Counted from the stretch's first letter, positions 1 to 10,592 are shown. The stretch is DNA of 64,000 bases from Cenarchaeum sp. (GCA_963693095.2 OY843768.1:1568001-1632000); one strand, 5' to 3'. A program made the numbers and translations. The notes: a model not told the origin generated them from the letters alone.

Positions 1-139
1 GTCTGACTCTTTCTCGAGGCGGCGCTTCATGAGCCCTATTCCCGGTGCCATGGCAGGCAGCGCCGAGGGGGCCGTATATACACCTTGGAGGCGCGCACAG
101 GTGCGCCTTTATATCATGGATTTCTAGACGCGCGCATCG

Positions 140-736
140 ATGCTCGGGACACTATACCGGATTCTCGGCGCGAGGCCACGCGCGAACTCGCTGCTCGGCG
201 CAGCGGCGCTCCTCGCGACGTTTGGGACCTCGCAGACGGTGGCTAGCGGCGTGTGGGACGCGATATCGCACATAATGCGCGAGCCAGAGCAGTTTTGGTC
301 CATACAGCACGTAGCCGTCTATGCCGGAGTCGCCCTAGTCGCCGGCTCGGCCGCACTCGCATACACCCTCCTCGTGTGGCAGCGCGACTCGCTTTCAGGC
401 CCACAGAGGCGCGCGCTAGCCATAGTCATAGCCGGCGCAATGCTGCAGATAGTCTCCGGATATGCCGACTCGGTCTCGCATGACACGTACGGCATCGACG
501 GACTCGTGTCGTGGTCGCACCAGCCCCTTGAGGCCGGCCTCGTGGCAAGCTCGCTTGGCGGCGTGCTCCTCTTGCGCCATGCCGGCCCGCGCGTGCGTCT
601 CCTGGCTCCCGTCTCGGCAGTGGTCCTCGTCGCCTCCTCGATGTGGCTTGCCTTTAACCTCCTCCTAGTGCCGGCTGCAACAATGCTCTGCCTTCCGGTC
701 TACAAGGTGTTCTCATCAGGCTGCGCTGTGATGTAG
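140..736 (+). CDS. Conserved hypothetical integral membrane protein
   Basis: 198-aa ORF with about 5 hydrophobic segments; TTTATA box ~25 nt upstream (108-113). Confidence 0.7.
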   Translation: MLGTLYRILGARPRANSLLGAAALLATFGTSQTVASGVWDAISHIMREPEQFWSIQHVAVYAGVALVAGSAALAYTLLVWQRDSLSGPQRRALAIVIAGAMLQIVSGYADSVSHDTYGIDGLVSWSHQPLEAGLVASSLGGVLLLRHAGPRVRLLAPVSAVVLVASSMWLAFNLLLVPAATMLCLPVYKVFSSGCAVM

Positions 737-1194
737 CGCACTATTGCGACGCATGACCACACGACAACTGCAACGACGCCGATGACGAGTGCGGCTGCCG
801 GATACATTGTCTGCGCAGAGCTTGTCTGGCCAACCTCGAGTGAGACCGTTGATGGGGCAGCCGAGGCGAGTGTCGCGCGAACAGTGTGCTCACCAGACCT
901 TGTCACCATGAAATAGTCCACAGAGCTCATAGTCGACACAACGTCATCAAAGAGTTCATCACCAGTCGGCGAGATGACGGTGATCCTGGCCGCCGTGCGC
1001 GGCGAGTCGAGCTTTACGCCAATGAACGCCGTGTCAGGCGCCTCGAGGTTTGCGCGCATCTCGGCATGGCGACCCTGGCCCAACGGGAATGATCCCAGTG
1101 TCGGCTCGCCTGCGCCCATCTGCATGATGGCCACGCCGATGATGCCGGCTGCCATCATGACGAGTCCCGCATAGAGGAGTGCGCGCATTTGCAT
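700..1194 (-). CDS. Hypothetical membrane-anchored protein
   Basis: N- and C-terminal TM helices around a beta-rich domain; start moved to MQMRALL, with TTTATTT upstream. Confidence 0.6.
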   Translation of the reverse strand: MQMRALLYAGLVMMAAGIIGVAIMQMGAGEPTLGSFPLGQGRHAEMRANLEAPDTAFIGVKLDSPRTAARITVISPTGDELFDDVVSTMSSVDYFMVTRSGEHTVRATLASAAPSTVSLEVGQTSSAQTMYPAAALVIGVVAVVVWSCVAIVRYITAQPDENTL

Positions 1195-1434
1195 GCGGCG
1201 CAGGCCCGCAGGCGCACAAATAAACCAAGGGGGCGACGTGCCAGGACCGGTCAGTTGTCGGCGGGAGCCGGCCACGCAGCACACCCCATCTCGCAGCACA
1301 CACCCATAGACCTGCCAAGAGGGCTCGGAGGGCTTCGATCCCTCGATCTGGCGGTCCGAAGCCGCCCGCACTATCCTGACTGTGCCACGAGTCCGCCCAA
1401 GCGATAATATCAGAGTGCTAAAAGTCTTGCACCG

Positions 1435-2610
1435 ATGAAGGTCTCAAGAAAGGTAATGGGCGTAGAGTATGCCATACGCGACATAGTCGCCGAGGCCCAG
1501 AGGCTCGAGGCCGCAGGCCGGCAGGTCACGTACCTCAACATCGGCGACCCGCCGTGGTACGGTTTTCAGCCGCCGCGCGTGGTCCTCGAGGCCCTCACGC
1601 GGGCCGCACTAGACGGCCACACGCACTATGCGCCATCAGAGGGAATCGCCGAGCTGCGATCCGAGATTGCAAAAAAAGAGGCCTCAAAGGGCCTCGAGTG
1701 CGGGCCGGATGACATTCTCGTGACAAACGGCGTCTCAGAAGCCCTTGACATGGTCATATCCTCGATAGTCGAGGACGGCGACGAGGTTCTCCTGCCCGGC
1801 CCGTACTATCCGCCATACGCGTCGTACATTCGCCTCCATGGCGGCGTGCCAGTAGAGTTTGCCACGAACCTCGAGTCCTCGAGTCCGGACATTGATGACA
1901 TTCGCTCAAAGATAACCGAGCGAACCGTTGCAATCTGCCTCATAAACCCAAACAACCCGTCAGGCACTGTCTTTGGCAAGGCCGACCTTGCGCGCATAGT
2001 TGACATTGCCGCAGAGCATGACATGTATGTCATATGCGACGAGATATACGACGAGATCGTCTTTGATGCTGAGTTTGCCGGCATTGGCAGCGTTGCGCGT
2101 GACGCCGGAGTCATCGTCCTCAACGGGTTCTCCAAGGGTCACCTGATGACGGGCTTTCGCGCCGGATACATGGCGTTCTCGCAAACCCCAAAGCTCGACG
2201 CAATCCGCGAGCACCTGCCAAAGCTTGCGCGCGTGCGCATTGCCGCATGCCTTCCCGTCCAACACGCCGCGCTAGCCTCGCTGCGCGGTTCGCGCGAACA
2301 CCTTGGCGAGTTCGTCTCGCAGGTCAAGGAGAGGCGCGATGTCATTGTGCGCGGATTGAACTCCATTCCCGGCATATCTTGCTCTAGCCCGCGCGGCGCG
2401 TTCTATGCGTTTCCGCGCATAGAGGATGCGCGGTTTTCTGATGACCGCAAGTTTGTCCTAGGCCTCCTCGAGTCAAAGGGCATACTCACCGTCCATGGGT
2501 CAGGATTTGGCAAGACGTACGGCTCGGGGCACTTTCGCGTCGTGTTTCTCGCGCCTCCTAGCACGCTAGAGGGCGCAGTCGAGGCCATACGCTCGTACAT
2601 GGCTCAATAG
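1435..2610 (+). CDS. PLP-dependent aminotransferase class I/II (AlaA/AspC-like)
   Basis: LNIGDP, NPNNPSG, DEIY, NGFSKGHLMTGFRAG motifs. Confidence 0.9.
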   Translation: MKVSRKVMGVEYAIRDIVAEAQRLEAAGRQVTYLNIGDPPWYGFQPPRVVLEALTRAALDGHTHYAPSEGIAELRSEIAKKEASKGLECGPDDILVTNGVSEALDMVISSIVEDGDEVLLPGPYYPPYASYIRLHGGVPVEFATNLESSSPDIDDIRSKITERTVAICLINPNNPSGTVFGKADLARIVDIAAEHDMYVICDEIYDEIVFDAEFAGIGSVARDAGVIVLNGFSKGHLMTGFRAGYMAFSQTPKLDAIREHLPKLARVRIAACLPVQHAALASLRGSREHLGEFVSQVKERRDVIVRGLNSIPGISCSSPRGAFYAFPRIEDARFSDDRKFVLGLLESKGILTVHGSGFGKTYGSGHFRVVFLAPPSTLEGAVEAIRSYMAQ

Positions 2611-3005
2611 GACCACGAGGAGACGCGCCCTATGGATATCTCGATGGCACAGTCGGTTCCCTCAAGCAGCTCGCGCGCGCTGTCTGAGTCAGCATCCATG
2701 TATCTTGAGATTATGCGCCTAGCTATCTCCCTGGCCCTGTCCGGCTCGTCGACGAGCTGTGCGGAGCCAGAGCCGGCAACGCCGCGCACGCCGGGCGAGC
2801 GCACGCCGACGTCAACGCAGAATGCGGCGCGCCGGCTCGCGGCGACGTTCTTTGCCTTTATTGTGCTCGAGTGCGTCCCGATGCGTATCGTGTCACCGTC
2901 GAGCTCGTACCAGACCGGCACGACGTGCGGCTCACCGGCCGCAGACACCGTTGCGAGGCGCATCGTCACGCCATCTCGCAAGAATGCCGCTATCTCCTCA
3001 TCCAT
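2604..3005 (-). CDS. Pyridoxamine 5'-phosphate oxidase-like (PPOX class, probably F420-dependent) protein
   Basis: RLATVSAAGEPHVVPVWY...KAKNV motif. Confidence 0.8.
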   Translation of the reverse strand: MDEEIAAFLRDGVTMRLATVSAAGEPHVVPVWYELDGDTIRIGTHSSTIKAKNVAASRRAAFCVDVGVRSPGVRGVAGSGSAQLVDEPDRAREIARRIISRYMDADSDSARELLEGTDCAIEISIGRVSSWSY

Positions 3006-3220
3006 CGCCTGCGAACCCCATAGAGTGCAAGTGCTGCGCCAAAGCCGGCCATTGCGGCAGACACCTTTTCGTTTGTCAGCTCATCATTGACAAGATAGTC
3101 ATAAAAGAACTCTGGCCCCACCAGAACGAGCTGGCGGACGACGACGATGCCTGCTGAAACGATAAAGAGAATTCCCATTGCGACATGCCAGGTCATGCGG
3201 GTATGTTCGCCGTCGCGCAT
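2990..3220 (-). CDS. Small hypothetical membrane protein
   Basis: Two TM segments; packed in an operon between neighbours. Confidence 0.55.
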   Translation of the reverse strand: MRDGEHTRMTWHVAMGILFIVSAGIVVVRQLVLVGPEFFYDYLVNDELTNEKVSAAMAGFGAALALYGVRRRWMRR

Positions 3221-3226
3221 TCTCGC

Positions 3227-3901
3227 TCAAACGAGCTTTATTCCAGGACTCTTTAGCTTGTTGCGGATCATTGCGTTGAGGAGAAGCGGTGTGGCGACCT
3301 CGGCCATGTACGCAAGGCCGCCGCCGCCGAGGCGCAGCGCGCGAAGCCCCTCAATGTCAGAGACGAGCGAGCAGACTGCATCAACGCACTCTGCAGAGTC
3401 GCCGCACACGAATATGTCATAGTCAAGCGCGCGCGTGGGGTCGGCGAGCTTTTTCTCGGATATGACATGGAACGCCGAGACGAGCCTTGCCGCATCGCGC
3501 ATGTGGGCCGCGACTGACTCGTGGGCAGTCTTTTTGCGGTCGCGAAACGGCACAAACTCAAATCCGACATCTGTCTTTTCCATCGGCACGATCGGCGATA
3601 TGACGATGCACGAGTCGCGCGTTAGGGGAAGGAGGCTCGAGCACACGGCATCAATGTTCTCGTATGGTATCGAGAGGACGAGCGCATCAGAGGCGGCGGC
3701 GACATCCTCGTTGGACGCCCCAGAGATGTTGGCTGCTGCCTGTGAGCCCACCGCGTCGCCGGCGATCGTCGCATACTCGGAGGCCGCCGTGCGCGCCCGC
3801 TCGGCGTCGCGTGAGCCTATGATGACCTCGTGGCGCGCGGCCCATCGGAGCGCAAATCCCTTGCCCATCGCGCCGGTTCCGCCGATAATTCCAATCTTCA
3901 C
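3227..3901 (-). CDS. npdG: NADPH-dependent F420 reductase
   Basis: KIGIIGGTGAMGKGFALRWA...IIGSRDAERA Rossmann motif; GTG start at 3901. Confidence 0.85.
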   Translation of the reverse strand: MKIGIIGGTGAMGKGFALRWAARHEVIIGSRDAERARTAASEYATIAGDAVGSQAAANISGASNEDVAAASDALVLSIPYENIDAVCSSLLPLTRDSCIVISPIVPMEKTDVGFEFVPFRDRKKTAHESVAAHMRDAARLVSAFHVISEKKLADPTRALDYDIFVCGDSAECVDAVCSLVSDIEGLRALRLGGGGLAYMAEVATPLLLNAMIRNKLKSPGIKLV

Positions 3902-3958
3902 GGTGCGACAGGCGATAATCTTATTATTATCTCTAGCGGGCAGGCACGATAAGTCCCA

Positions 3959-4582
3959 ATGGCATCTATCGTCTTTATGCGCCACGGGCAGGCCGAGAAC
4001 AACACAAAACGCGTGCTCGCGGGGCGCACTGGGGGAGTCAAGCTCACAGAGCTCGGAAGGAGGCAGGCCGAGGGCGCAGCACGCCTAGTCGAGGAGATGG
4101 GCATCGGCGCGATATACTGCAGCCCGATCGAGCGGACCCTCCATACTGCTGAGATCGTCGGCGGGCGGGCCGGCATACAGCCCACCGTCGATGAGCGCCT
4201 CACGGAGCTGGAGATGGGCCAGTTCACCGGCATGCGCTATGACGAGATAGCCTCGCTCCACGGAAACGTCTTTTTCAAGTTCTACAGCGGCGACGTCGAG
4301 ATAGCGCGCAGTGGTGTCGAGACCTTTGAGAGCGTCCGCGAGCGCGTGCGCTCGGTCGCCGCCGACGTTGCCGCAAGGCATCCGGACACCGGCGTTCTCC
4401 TCGTGACCCACATGGACCCAATAAAGGCGATGCTTGCTGACACGATGGGCCTGTCTGCGGAACTCCTCACCAAGATGATCATCGCCAACGCGTCGATGAC
4501 CGTGTTTGGCCGGGGCACGGACTCGCTTTATGCGCGCGCCGTCAACGTCGTCGAGCCTGCGCGCTATGCGCAGGACTGGTAG
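3959..4582 (+). CDS. Histidine phosphatase / phosphoglycerate mutase family protein
   Basis: RHGQ, SPIERT and VTH motifs. Confidence 0.85.
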   Translation: MASIVFMRHGQAENNTKRVLAGRTGGVKLTELGRRQAEGAARLVEEMGIGAIYCSPIERTLHTAEIVGGRAGIQPTVDERLTELEMGQFTGMRYDEIASLHGNVFFKFYSGDVEIARSGVETFESVRERVRSVAADVAARHPDTGVLLVTHMDPIKAMLADTMGLSAELLTKMIIANASMTVFGRGTDSLYARAVNVVEPARYAQDW

Positions 4583-5321
4583 GATCAGGATCGTCCTCTA
4601 GTGCGGCCTCGCCAATCTCGCACATTTGCCGAACCGTGCGAGTCACCTTTTCGCTTGCCATCTCGCGCATCCACGGGCCTGCATCACGGACTGTTGGGAC
4701 GCACACGTGCGCGTCTGCGACGAGTATGACTAGGGACTCGGGAATGTCGCCCATGGTCTCTGACCACATGTGCGCATATGCGGCAGCCTGGAGAAATGCG
4801 TCAGGGTGTGCCGGCGCAGTGCCTGCGTTGCGCGGTGGCCTTGCAGGGGCGGTCACGGATCTGCGCGTCTTGTGATCGATTACTGCGAGCTTGCCATCCC
4901 AGAACGCGACTAGATCCACGGTTCCGCCAATCCGGCGAGCCACGCTCACGAGATTCTGCTCGACGGCCTGCACGTCAGCAGCAGAACGGTCCAGCTCGCG
5001 CGCTATGTTTCTTGCAATGTGTGTGGCCTCTGGCGGATCGCCGTCGTGTGGCACCATCCCTGCGCCGCGCGCGTGCTCGGCGACCATCCGGTGGGTCGCA
5101 TTGCCGACGCTGATCCTCGCCTTGTCAGGTGCGCGCCGGCGCGCAGTGAACGTGCGCCGTGCGGAGTCGATGCAGAGGCGGCCGGTGAGGGCATCGATGA
5201 GCGTGCGAACCGTGACGAGGAGGCGCGCATCAGGATCGCGATAAAACCGCGCATCGCCGACATAGGCCATCGTGTGGCCTGCCAGGCCCCCGACCCTCTC
5301 ACTCATGGCAGGGCATGCCAC
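4542..5321 (-). CDS. PD-(D/E)XK nuclease family protein (RecB/exonuclease-like)
   Basis: VEQNL...GGTVDLV...VIDHKT...QAAAY motifs. Confidence 0.7.
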   Translation of the reverse strand: MACPAMSERVGGLAGHTMAYVGDARFYRDPDARLLVTVRTLIDALTGRLCIDSARRTFTARRRAPDKARISVGNATHRMVAEHARGAGMVPHDGDPPEATHIARNIARELDRSAADVQAVEQNLVSVARRIGGTVDLVAFWDGKLAVIDHKTRRSVTAPARPPRNAGTAPAHPDAFLQAAAYAHMWSETMGDIPESLVILVADAHVCVPTVRDAGPWMREMASEKVTRTVRQMCEIGEAALEDDPDPTSPAHSAQARRR

Positions 5322-5407
5322 CTAGGGGCAGGTTATGTGTTGCGGGGACGTGCGGCCGGTCTCTGGCCGCATGGCCTGCTAGGAAAAATAGGAAAAGGGT
5401 TTTGAGC

Positions 5408-6973
5408 CTATTCGTTGACGTATGCGCGCTCGCCGTGCTGTGCAAGGTCGAGGCCGAGCTCCTCCTCTTTTGGAGTGACTCGAATCCCGCCAGGCCAGAC
5501 TGCATCCATGATCTTTAGGATCACGACTGTGACGCCAAAGGCATAACCTATCGAGATGGCAGCGCCGATTATGCTAATCGCCTGCTGTTCCATCCCTTCG
5601 GGCGTGCCCGTCCATGCGCCTATTCCGTCGCCGGTATCCCAGATATGGGGACTTGCAAGTGTTCCTGTCAGTATTGCGCCAGTCAGGCCGCCCATTCCAT
5701 GGACACCCCAGACATCAAGTGCGTCGTCCCACTTGCGTGCATTCTTGAAAGAGATGCATGCATAGCAGATGGTACCTGCCGCGATCCCGATGATTATCGA
5801 GGCCATCGGGCCAACCCAGCCAGAGGCTGGGGTGATTGCGACGAGTCCCGCGACTGCGCCTGTTGCTGCGCCGACTATGCTAGGCTTGCCGGTGTGTGCC
5901 CACGACATGAGGACCCACGTCACTGCTGCAACGCCGGTGGCGGTGTTTGTCACCACCCACGCGCTAACCGTGATTCCGTCCACCATGACCTCGCTGCCAG
6001 CGTTAAAGCCAAACCAGCCAAACCATAGAATCGAGGCTCCAAGGACGACCATCGGGATGTTGTGGGGCTCCATTGGAACCTTGCCAAACCCGAGTCTTCG
6101 TCCCAGTATCATTGCTCCGGCCAAAGCCGAAAAGCCCGATGATATGTGGACAACGGTGCCGCCTGCAAAGTCAAGTGCGTAGCTAGGGGAGAGTTCTGGA
6201 TTTAGGTCCAGCGATCCGCCGCCGATATATCCGCCGCCCCATACCCAGTGGGCAATGGGGTCATAGACGAATGTCCCCCAGAGGAGGACAAATATCACCA
6301 GCGCGCTGAACTTTATGCGGTCGATCAGTCCACCAACAATTAGTGCCGGCGTTATGATCGCAAAGGTTCCCTGGAATGCAGCGAATAGCTGGTGCGGGAT
6401 TGTCCCTGGCCAACTTACACTGCATACCTCGCCTTCCTTGAACTCCTGCATCTGGTACGCGTACGACCAAGTGTCCTCACATGGCCCCGCCTCGCCAATT
6501 GGCGCATAGGGTGAGACCATATTCAGTCCAACATAATCGAGGCTTCCCATGAACAGGTTTGCGTCGCTGCCTTCCGGTATCGGCCCAAAGGCCAGAGAGT
6601 ACCCAAAGGCAACCCACTGGAACGCCATGAGACCCATTATTACAAAGGTCATTCCGATGACGTTTACAGCGTTCTTTGATCGTGCAAGGCCGCCATAGAA
6701 GAAGGCAACTCCGGGCGTCATAAAGAGAACCATCGAGGATGCGGTCAGCATCCAGGCGGTATCACCGGTGTCGATCTTGCATGGCAGCATTGAGCCATCC
6801 TCCTCGTACCAGCACTCGTTTTCGTTGCCCGTGTAGATGCCGCTAGTTCCCATGACATAGCCGTCCATTCCGTCCGTGACTTGCTGCGCATATGCCTGAC
6901 CCATGGCCGCTGTCGCCGTTAGGGCGACTGCTGCCACGAGCAGTATTGCATACTTGCGGTTGTGTGTAGTCAT
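5408..6973 (-). CDS. amt: Ammonium transporter
   Basis: DTGDTAW, FFYGGL, DFAGGTVVH, WFGWFGFNAGS, DDALDVWGVHG motifs; signal peptide plus N-terminal extension. Confidence 0.97.
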   Translation of the reverse strand: MTTHNRKYAILLVAAVALTATAAMGQAYAQQVTDGMDGYVMGTSGIYTGNENECWYEEDGSMLPCKIDTGDTAWMLTASSMVLFMTPGVAFFYGGLARSKNAVNVIGMTFVIMGLMAFQWVAFGYSLAFGPIPEGSDANLFMGSLDYVGLNMVSPYAPIGEAGPCEDTWSYAYQMQEFKEGEVCSVSWPGTIPHQLFAAFQGTFAIITPALIVGGLIDRIKFSALVIFVLLWGTFVYDPIAHWVWGGGYIGGGSLDLNPELSPSYALDFAGGTVVHISSGFSALAGAMILGRRLGFGKVPMEPHNIPMVVLGASILWFGWFGFNAGSEVMVDGITVSAWVVTNTATGVAAVTWVLMSWAHTGKPSIVGAATGAVAGLVAITPASGWVGPMASIIIGIAAGTICYACISFKNARKWDDALDVWGVHGMGGLTGAILTGTLASPHIWDTGDGIGAWTGTPEGMEQQAISIIGAAISIGYAFGVTVVILKIMDAVWPGGIRVTPKEEELGLDLAQHGERAYVNE

Positions 6974-7028
6974 TGACTCGTTAAGAGGGCGATATTTATT
7001 TAAACATTGGTCAATTTTATGGCCATTT

Positions 7029-7050
7029 CTAGAAAATAATTATATTCTAG
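7029..7050. promoter_or_regulatory. 22-bp imperfect palindrome in the divergent amt promoter region (candidate operator)
   Basis: CTAGAAAATA-AT-TATATTCTAG with one mismatch, in an AT-rich intergenic region with TATA boxes. Confidence 0.45.
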
Positions 7051-7072
7051 TGGATTGTGATACTATGACATC

Positions 7073-7780
7073 ATGGCGGGCACGAGGCGCAGCGGGGGCT
7101 CACGGGGGCACCTCTCGGTGCTAGACGAGTTCAAGACACGGCGGGGAGCGCCCACGGGGACGGCCCTCAGGCAGAGGGCGATCCTCGGCGCGCTTGCCGC
7201 AGGCGGCGAGCCGGCCGAGAGGACCCGGACCGGCATAGCGCAGCGCGTCACCGACGGGGGGAGTGCGAGGTGGAAGAACGTCTACTCGGGGGTGTTCCAG
7301 GACATCGACGGAGCCCTCGTCCCCCTGGGCCTCGTCGAGGAGGCCGGACGCATCCCGCCGCGCCGCGGGCCGCGGGCCCTTCGCGAGAGCGGCATACCAT
7401 ACTATCACCTGACGCGTGCCGGCGCGCTAGTTGCACTGGCCTTTGGCGATGACGAGGGCCTCGAGGGGCGCGTTGCGGCGTTCTTTGCCGAGTCTAGCGG
7501 CGAGGAGGCGCGCGTCGGGCGCGCCCTGGCAATCCTGGCCGGATTTGCGCCGCGCCTTGCGCGCACGATCCTTGCCGGACACGTCAAGGAGTTCTGCGAG
7601 GGCCGTCAGCGCCGGCTCGTTCCCGTAACGACTGAAAAGCTTGACGCGTCTACTGGCGCAGAGACGCGCGCAACTGCAGAGTTTCTCTCTGGCGCACTAG
7701 AGCTCGACGATGATGCGCGCACGCGGGTCATCGCGCTATTGCGCGCAATATCTGGCGGCGAGCCTACGGCGCAAGCATAG
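7073..7780 (+). CDS. Hypothetical protein, possible winged-helix regulator
   Basis: 235-aa ORF divergent from amt; LVPLGLVEE...YYHLTRAG resembles a wHTH wing. Confidence 0.55.
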   Translation: MAGTRRSGGSRGHLSVLDEFKTRRGAPTGTALRQRAILGALAAGGEPAERTRTGIAQRVTDGGSARWKNVYSGVFQDIDGALVPLGLVEEAGRIPPRRGPRALRESGIPYYHLTRAGALVALAFGDDEGLEGRVAAFFAESSGEEARVGRALAILAGFAPRLARTILAGHVKEFCEGRQRRLVPVTTEKLDASTGAETRATAEFLSGALELDDDARTRVIALLRAISGGEPTAQA

Positions 7781-7835
7781 GTGTGTGCCGAACAAGGACA
7801 ATGCCATTTCTGTGAGCTTGCGCAAGCAGGGCTCT

Positions 7836-8741
7836 TTATTGCAGCGCATCTGCAAGCAGGCCTGACACGTCCACTACATCAACGGATCCCGGAATTGTGT
7901 TCGTCGCGACGACCTTTGATATTCCGGCTCGCCTCATGCGCGTGCGTGCCGTGCCGATGAGAAGTGCATGCGTGCATGCGGCATAGACACGCGCGCAACC
8001 AGATGACTTTAGAAACTCAGCAGCGCGCGATATGCTGCCTCCCGTGCTTATCATGTCATCAACTAGTATGACGTCGCGGCCAGAGACTCCGGCGTCGCGG
8101 CGCGTCGTGATCTTTACCTCGCCTGTGCGGCGGTCACGCTTTTTGGAGAGTGCGATCATGTCACAGCCGAGCTCGCGCGCAAAGAGTGCGGCCCGCTGTT
8201 CGCCGCCGGCATCAGGTGAGACGACGAGCCTGTCGCGCATGCGCATCGACGCAAAGTAGGCAGCGAGGACAGGAGCCGCCGGCACGCTCAGCGCGCGAAT
8301 CCCAAAGTGCGAGCGTGCCGCCTCGCTGTGCAGGTCGACGGTGAGGAGTCCGGCAGCGCCAGCGGCCCGCAAAAGGCGCGCGATCTCCCTCATCGTGACT
8401 AGCTCGCCGGAGAGAAACGCGCGATCCTGGCGCGCATACCCCATATAGGGCACGACTGCTATCGTGCGGCGCGCCGAGGAGGCCACGGCCGACACTAGTG
8501 TCAGCGCATGGAGGAGGTTTGTGTCAACTGGTGGATGCGTCGACTGGACGACGATCGCAGTCGAGCCGCGCGGGATCGCAGCGCGCAGCGTGAGCCTCGA
8601 CTCGCCATCAGAGAACGCGCGAAGCGTCGTGCCGACATATGTCGCGCGCAGCCTGCGCGCGATGCGCCGCGCGAGCTCAGAAGACGCCGGCCCGCCTATC
8701 ACCGTGAGCGGCCCTGCTGCTCGCAGCGAGTCGCGCCTCAC
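7836..8741 (-). CDS. prs: Ribose-phosphate pyrophosphokinase
   Basis: FSDGE, PYMGYARQDR, VSPDAGG, VDDMISTGGS motifs. Confidence 0.95.
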   Translation of the reverse strand: MRRDSLRAAGPLTVIGGPASSELARRIARRLRATYVGTTLRAFSDGESRLTLRAAIPRGSTAIVVQSTHPPVDTNLLHALTLVSAVASSARRTIAVVPYMGYARQDRAFLSGELVTMREIARLLRAAGAAGLLTVDLHSEAARSHFGIRALSVPAAPVLAAYFASMRMRDRLVVSPDAGGEQRAALFARELGCDMIALSKKRDRRTGEVKITTRRDAGVSGRDVILVDDMISTGGSISRAAEFLKSSGCARVYAACTHALLIGTARTRMRRAGISKVVATNTIPGSVDVVDVSGLLADALQ

Positions 8742-10495
8742 TCCTCGCCACCGCCACGCGAGATGTCGCCGATCCCATACTCGTCGACTACGGCGTTGCG
8801 GCTCTTGTCGAGTGAGGCGATCTCGCCGGCCTCGCGGCGCTCGTCACCATTGTAGACGGTCCGTATCGGCCACGGTATCCGTATGTCATATTTCTTGAAC
8901 TCCTCGTGCATGAACACCCTCATGTCCGTCTTTGCCTTGAACTGCGAGCCATAGTCGCGTACATACACCCACATGGCAAAGTCAAGGGACGAGTCGTTGA
9001 ACTTTGTAAAGCGCACGACAGGCTGGTCAATGCTGACGTGGAGGTCACGATCGCAGCCGCAGCTCGGGCGGTTCACGAGGACGTATGGGCACTTTTTCTG
9101 CCTGATGAGGTGCCGTCCGCGCTCGTCGATGCACTCGACCATTGCGCGCCGGCCCACCTTTACGAGGATCGCCGAGACCTGGCGCGGGTCGTTGAGGTAC
9201 GACACGCCGACCTCGACGGTCGCCGGAACGAGCATCGTCTCGCGCGAATAGTTGACTAGCTGCGAGCTGACTAGCTGCCTAGTGGGCACTATGGCGATCG
9301 ACTCATAGAGCGCATGGCGCACGTATGTCACGCGCGGCGTGATGCGGTGTATGTAGCCCTCATAGCCGCTCTCGAGCTTTACCCTGTCGCCCTCGACCAT
9401 TATGCGATCCTTGCGGATAAACATGTACGCAAACCAGTTCTGCATCGTCTCCTGCAGCGCAAGGCCAACGCCCACGGCCATGCCGCCTGTCGCAGTCGCC
9501 AGAACCCAGAGGTCGACGCCCCACCAGCTCACAAGGCCAAGTGAGACGCCGCCAATTAGCGCAACTCGCAAGAGGCGCGTGGCTGACCTTGGGACGTCCT
9601 TGCGCTTTTTTCTTGCGTGGCCCGGCGGCCGCGCGCCGGCGAGAATCGGCACGTATCCCGTGTTGCGCCTTTCTTCTCGCCACGTGTCTATCGCATAGAC
9701 CTCCTCGTCACGCCGACCAAGGCGCAGGCGCTTGCCAGACTCGTTGGTTCCGTCAAGGCACGATGAAAGATATGCGTTGTACTTGGTGCGCTCCATTGCG
9801 CGCCATTTCGCAAACGCGTCATCGACTAGTGACTCGTGGCTTCCGACCTCGGTGCCCTTTTCTGTCCTGTATGTCTCGAGGCGTGCCCTGCCGGCATCAG
9901 TCTTCATTAGCTCGTCGAACTCGGATTCATCCATGCCCTCAGGCGCATGCTTTGGCGGAACCCACCTAAAGAGCGAATGGAACGCGTTGGCATCATCGTC
10001 GGGAAACCCGCGCATGTCGCGCCATTGCGCATAGTCGACCTCCTCCTCAGACGCCTTTTGGCGCTGCATGATAACGATCGGAATTAGCGTTGCTATCGTG
10101 TACCCTATGACGAATATGTTTATCGTGTTGAGCATCTTTGCAAACGTCTCGCGCGGTGAGGACTCGTCAGCCTGTGTGTCGCCAAAGAGCGCAAATGACT
10201 GCGAGTACGCGTTGACCGAGGAGACTAGCGCGATTGCAAATATCGGCAGGACCGCGACTCGCACAAAGCGCGCAAGGTGCGGCCGGACGTACGTGAAGCG
10301 GCGCGAGCGCGTCCATGACGAGAGGCTGCGGTACGCCATGCCTATGGCGACTAGTCCCACGACGAGGGCGACGAGGGCCGCCTGGAGCGACGGCGAGGCC
10401 GAGACGAGCTGCGTGACTGACTCGATCTGGCCGGCCTGCGCGACGACTGCGTCGATTATCTCGTGCTCGGTCATGCGTGCGCGCGGGCGTGCCAT
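8738..10495 (-). CDS. Mechanosensitive ion channel (MscS family) with a large soluble insertion
   Basis: GLALQETMQNWFA...GDRVKL and VGVSY...FNDSSLDF...IPWP motifs. Confidence 0.85.
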   Translation of the reverse strand: MARPRARMTEHEIIDAVVAQAGQIESVTQLVSASPSLQAALVALVVGLVAIGMAYRSLSSWTRSRRFTYVRPHLARFVRVAVLPIFAIALVSSVNAYSQSFALFGDTQADESSPRETFAKMLNTINIFVIGYTIATLIPIVIMQRQKASEEEVDYAQWRDMRGFPDDDANAFHSLFRWVPPKHAPEGMDESEFDELMKTDAGRARLETYRTEKGTEVGSHESLVDDAFAKWRAMERTKYNAYLSSCLDGTNESGKRLRLGRRDEEVYAIDTWREERRNTGYVPILAGARPPGHARKKRKDVPRSATRLLRVALIGGVSLGLVSWWGVDLWVLATATGGMAVGVGLALQETMQNWFAYMFIRKDRIMVEGDRVKLESGYEGYIHRITPRVTYVRHALYESIAIVPTRQLVSSQLVNYSRETMLVPATVEVGVSYLNDPRQVSAILVKVGRRAMVECIDERGRHLIRQKKCPYVLVNRPSCGCDRDLHVSIDQPVVRFTKFNDSSLDFAMWVYVRDYGSQFKAKTDMRVFMHEEFKKYDIRIPWPIRTVYNGDERREAGEIASLDKSRNAVVDEYGIGDISRGGGEE

Positions 10496-10592
10496 GTCGG
10501 TATAAGGTTTTTTGCGGCCCTGCGCCGGATCCCGCGCCCGTGCGTGCGCAGAGCCCAACACTTAACACGCCCACCCGTGCGCACCGGCTCAC

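Noticed and set aside
4542-5321. Cas4
   Set aside because: Lacks the four-Cys Fe-S cluster pattern and any CRISPR context.
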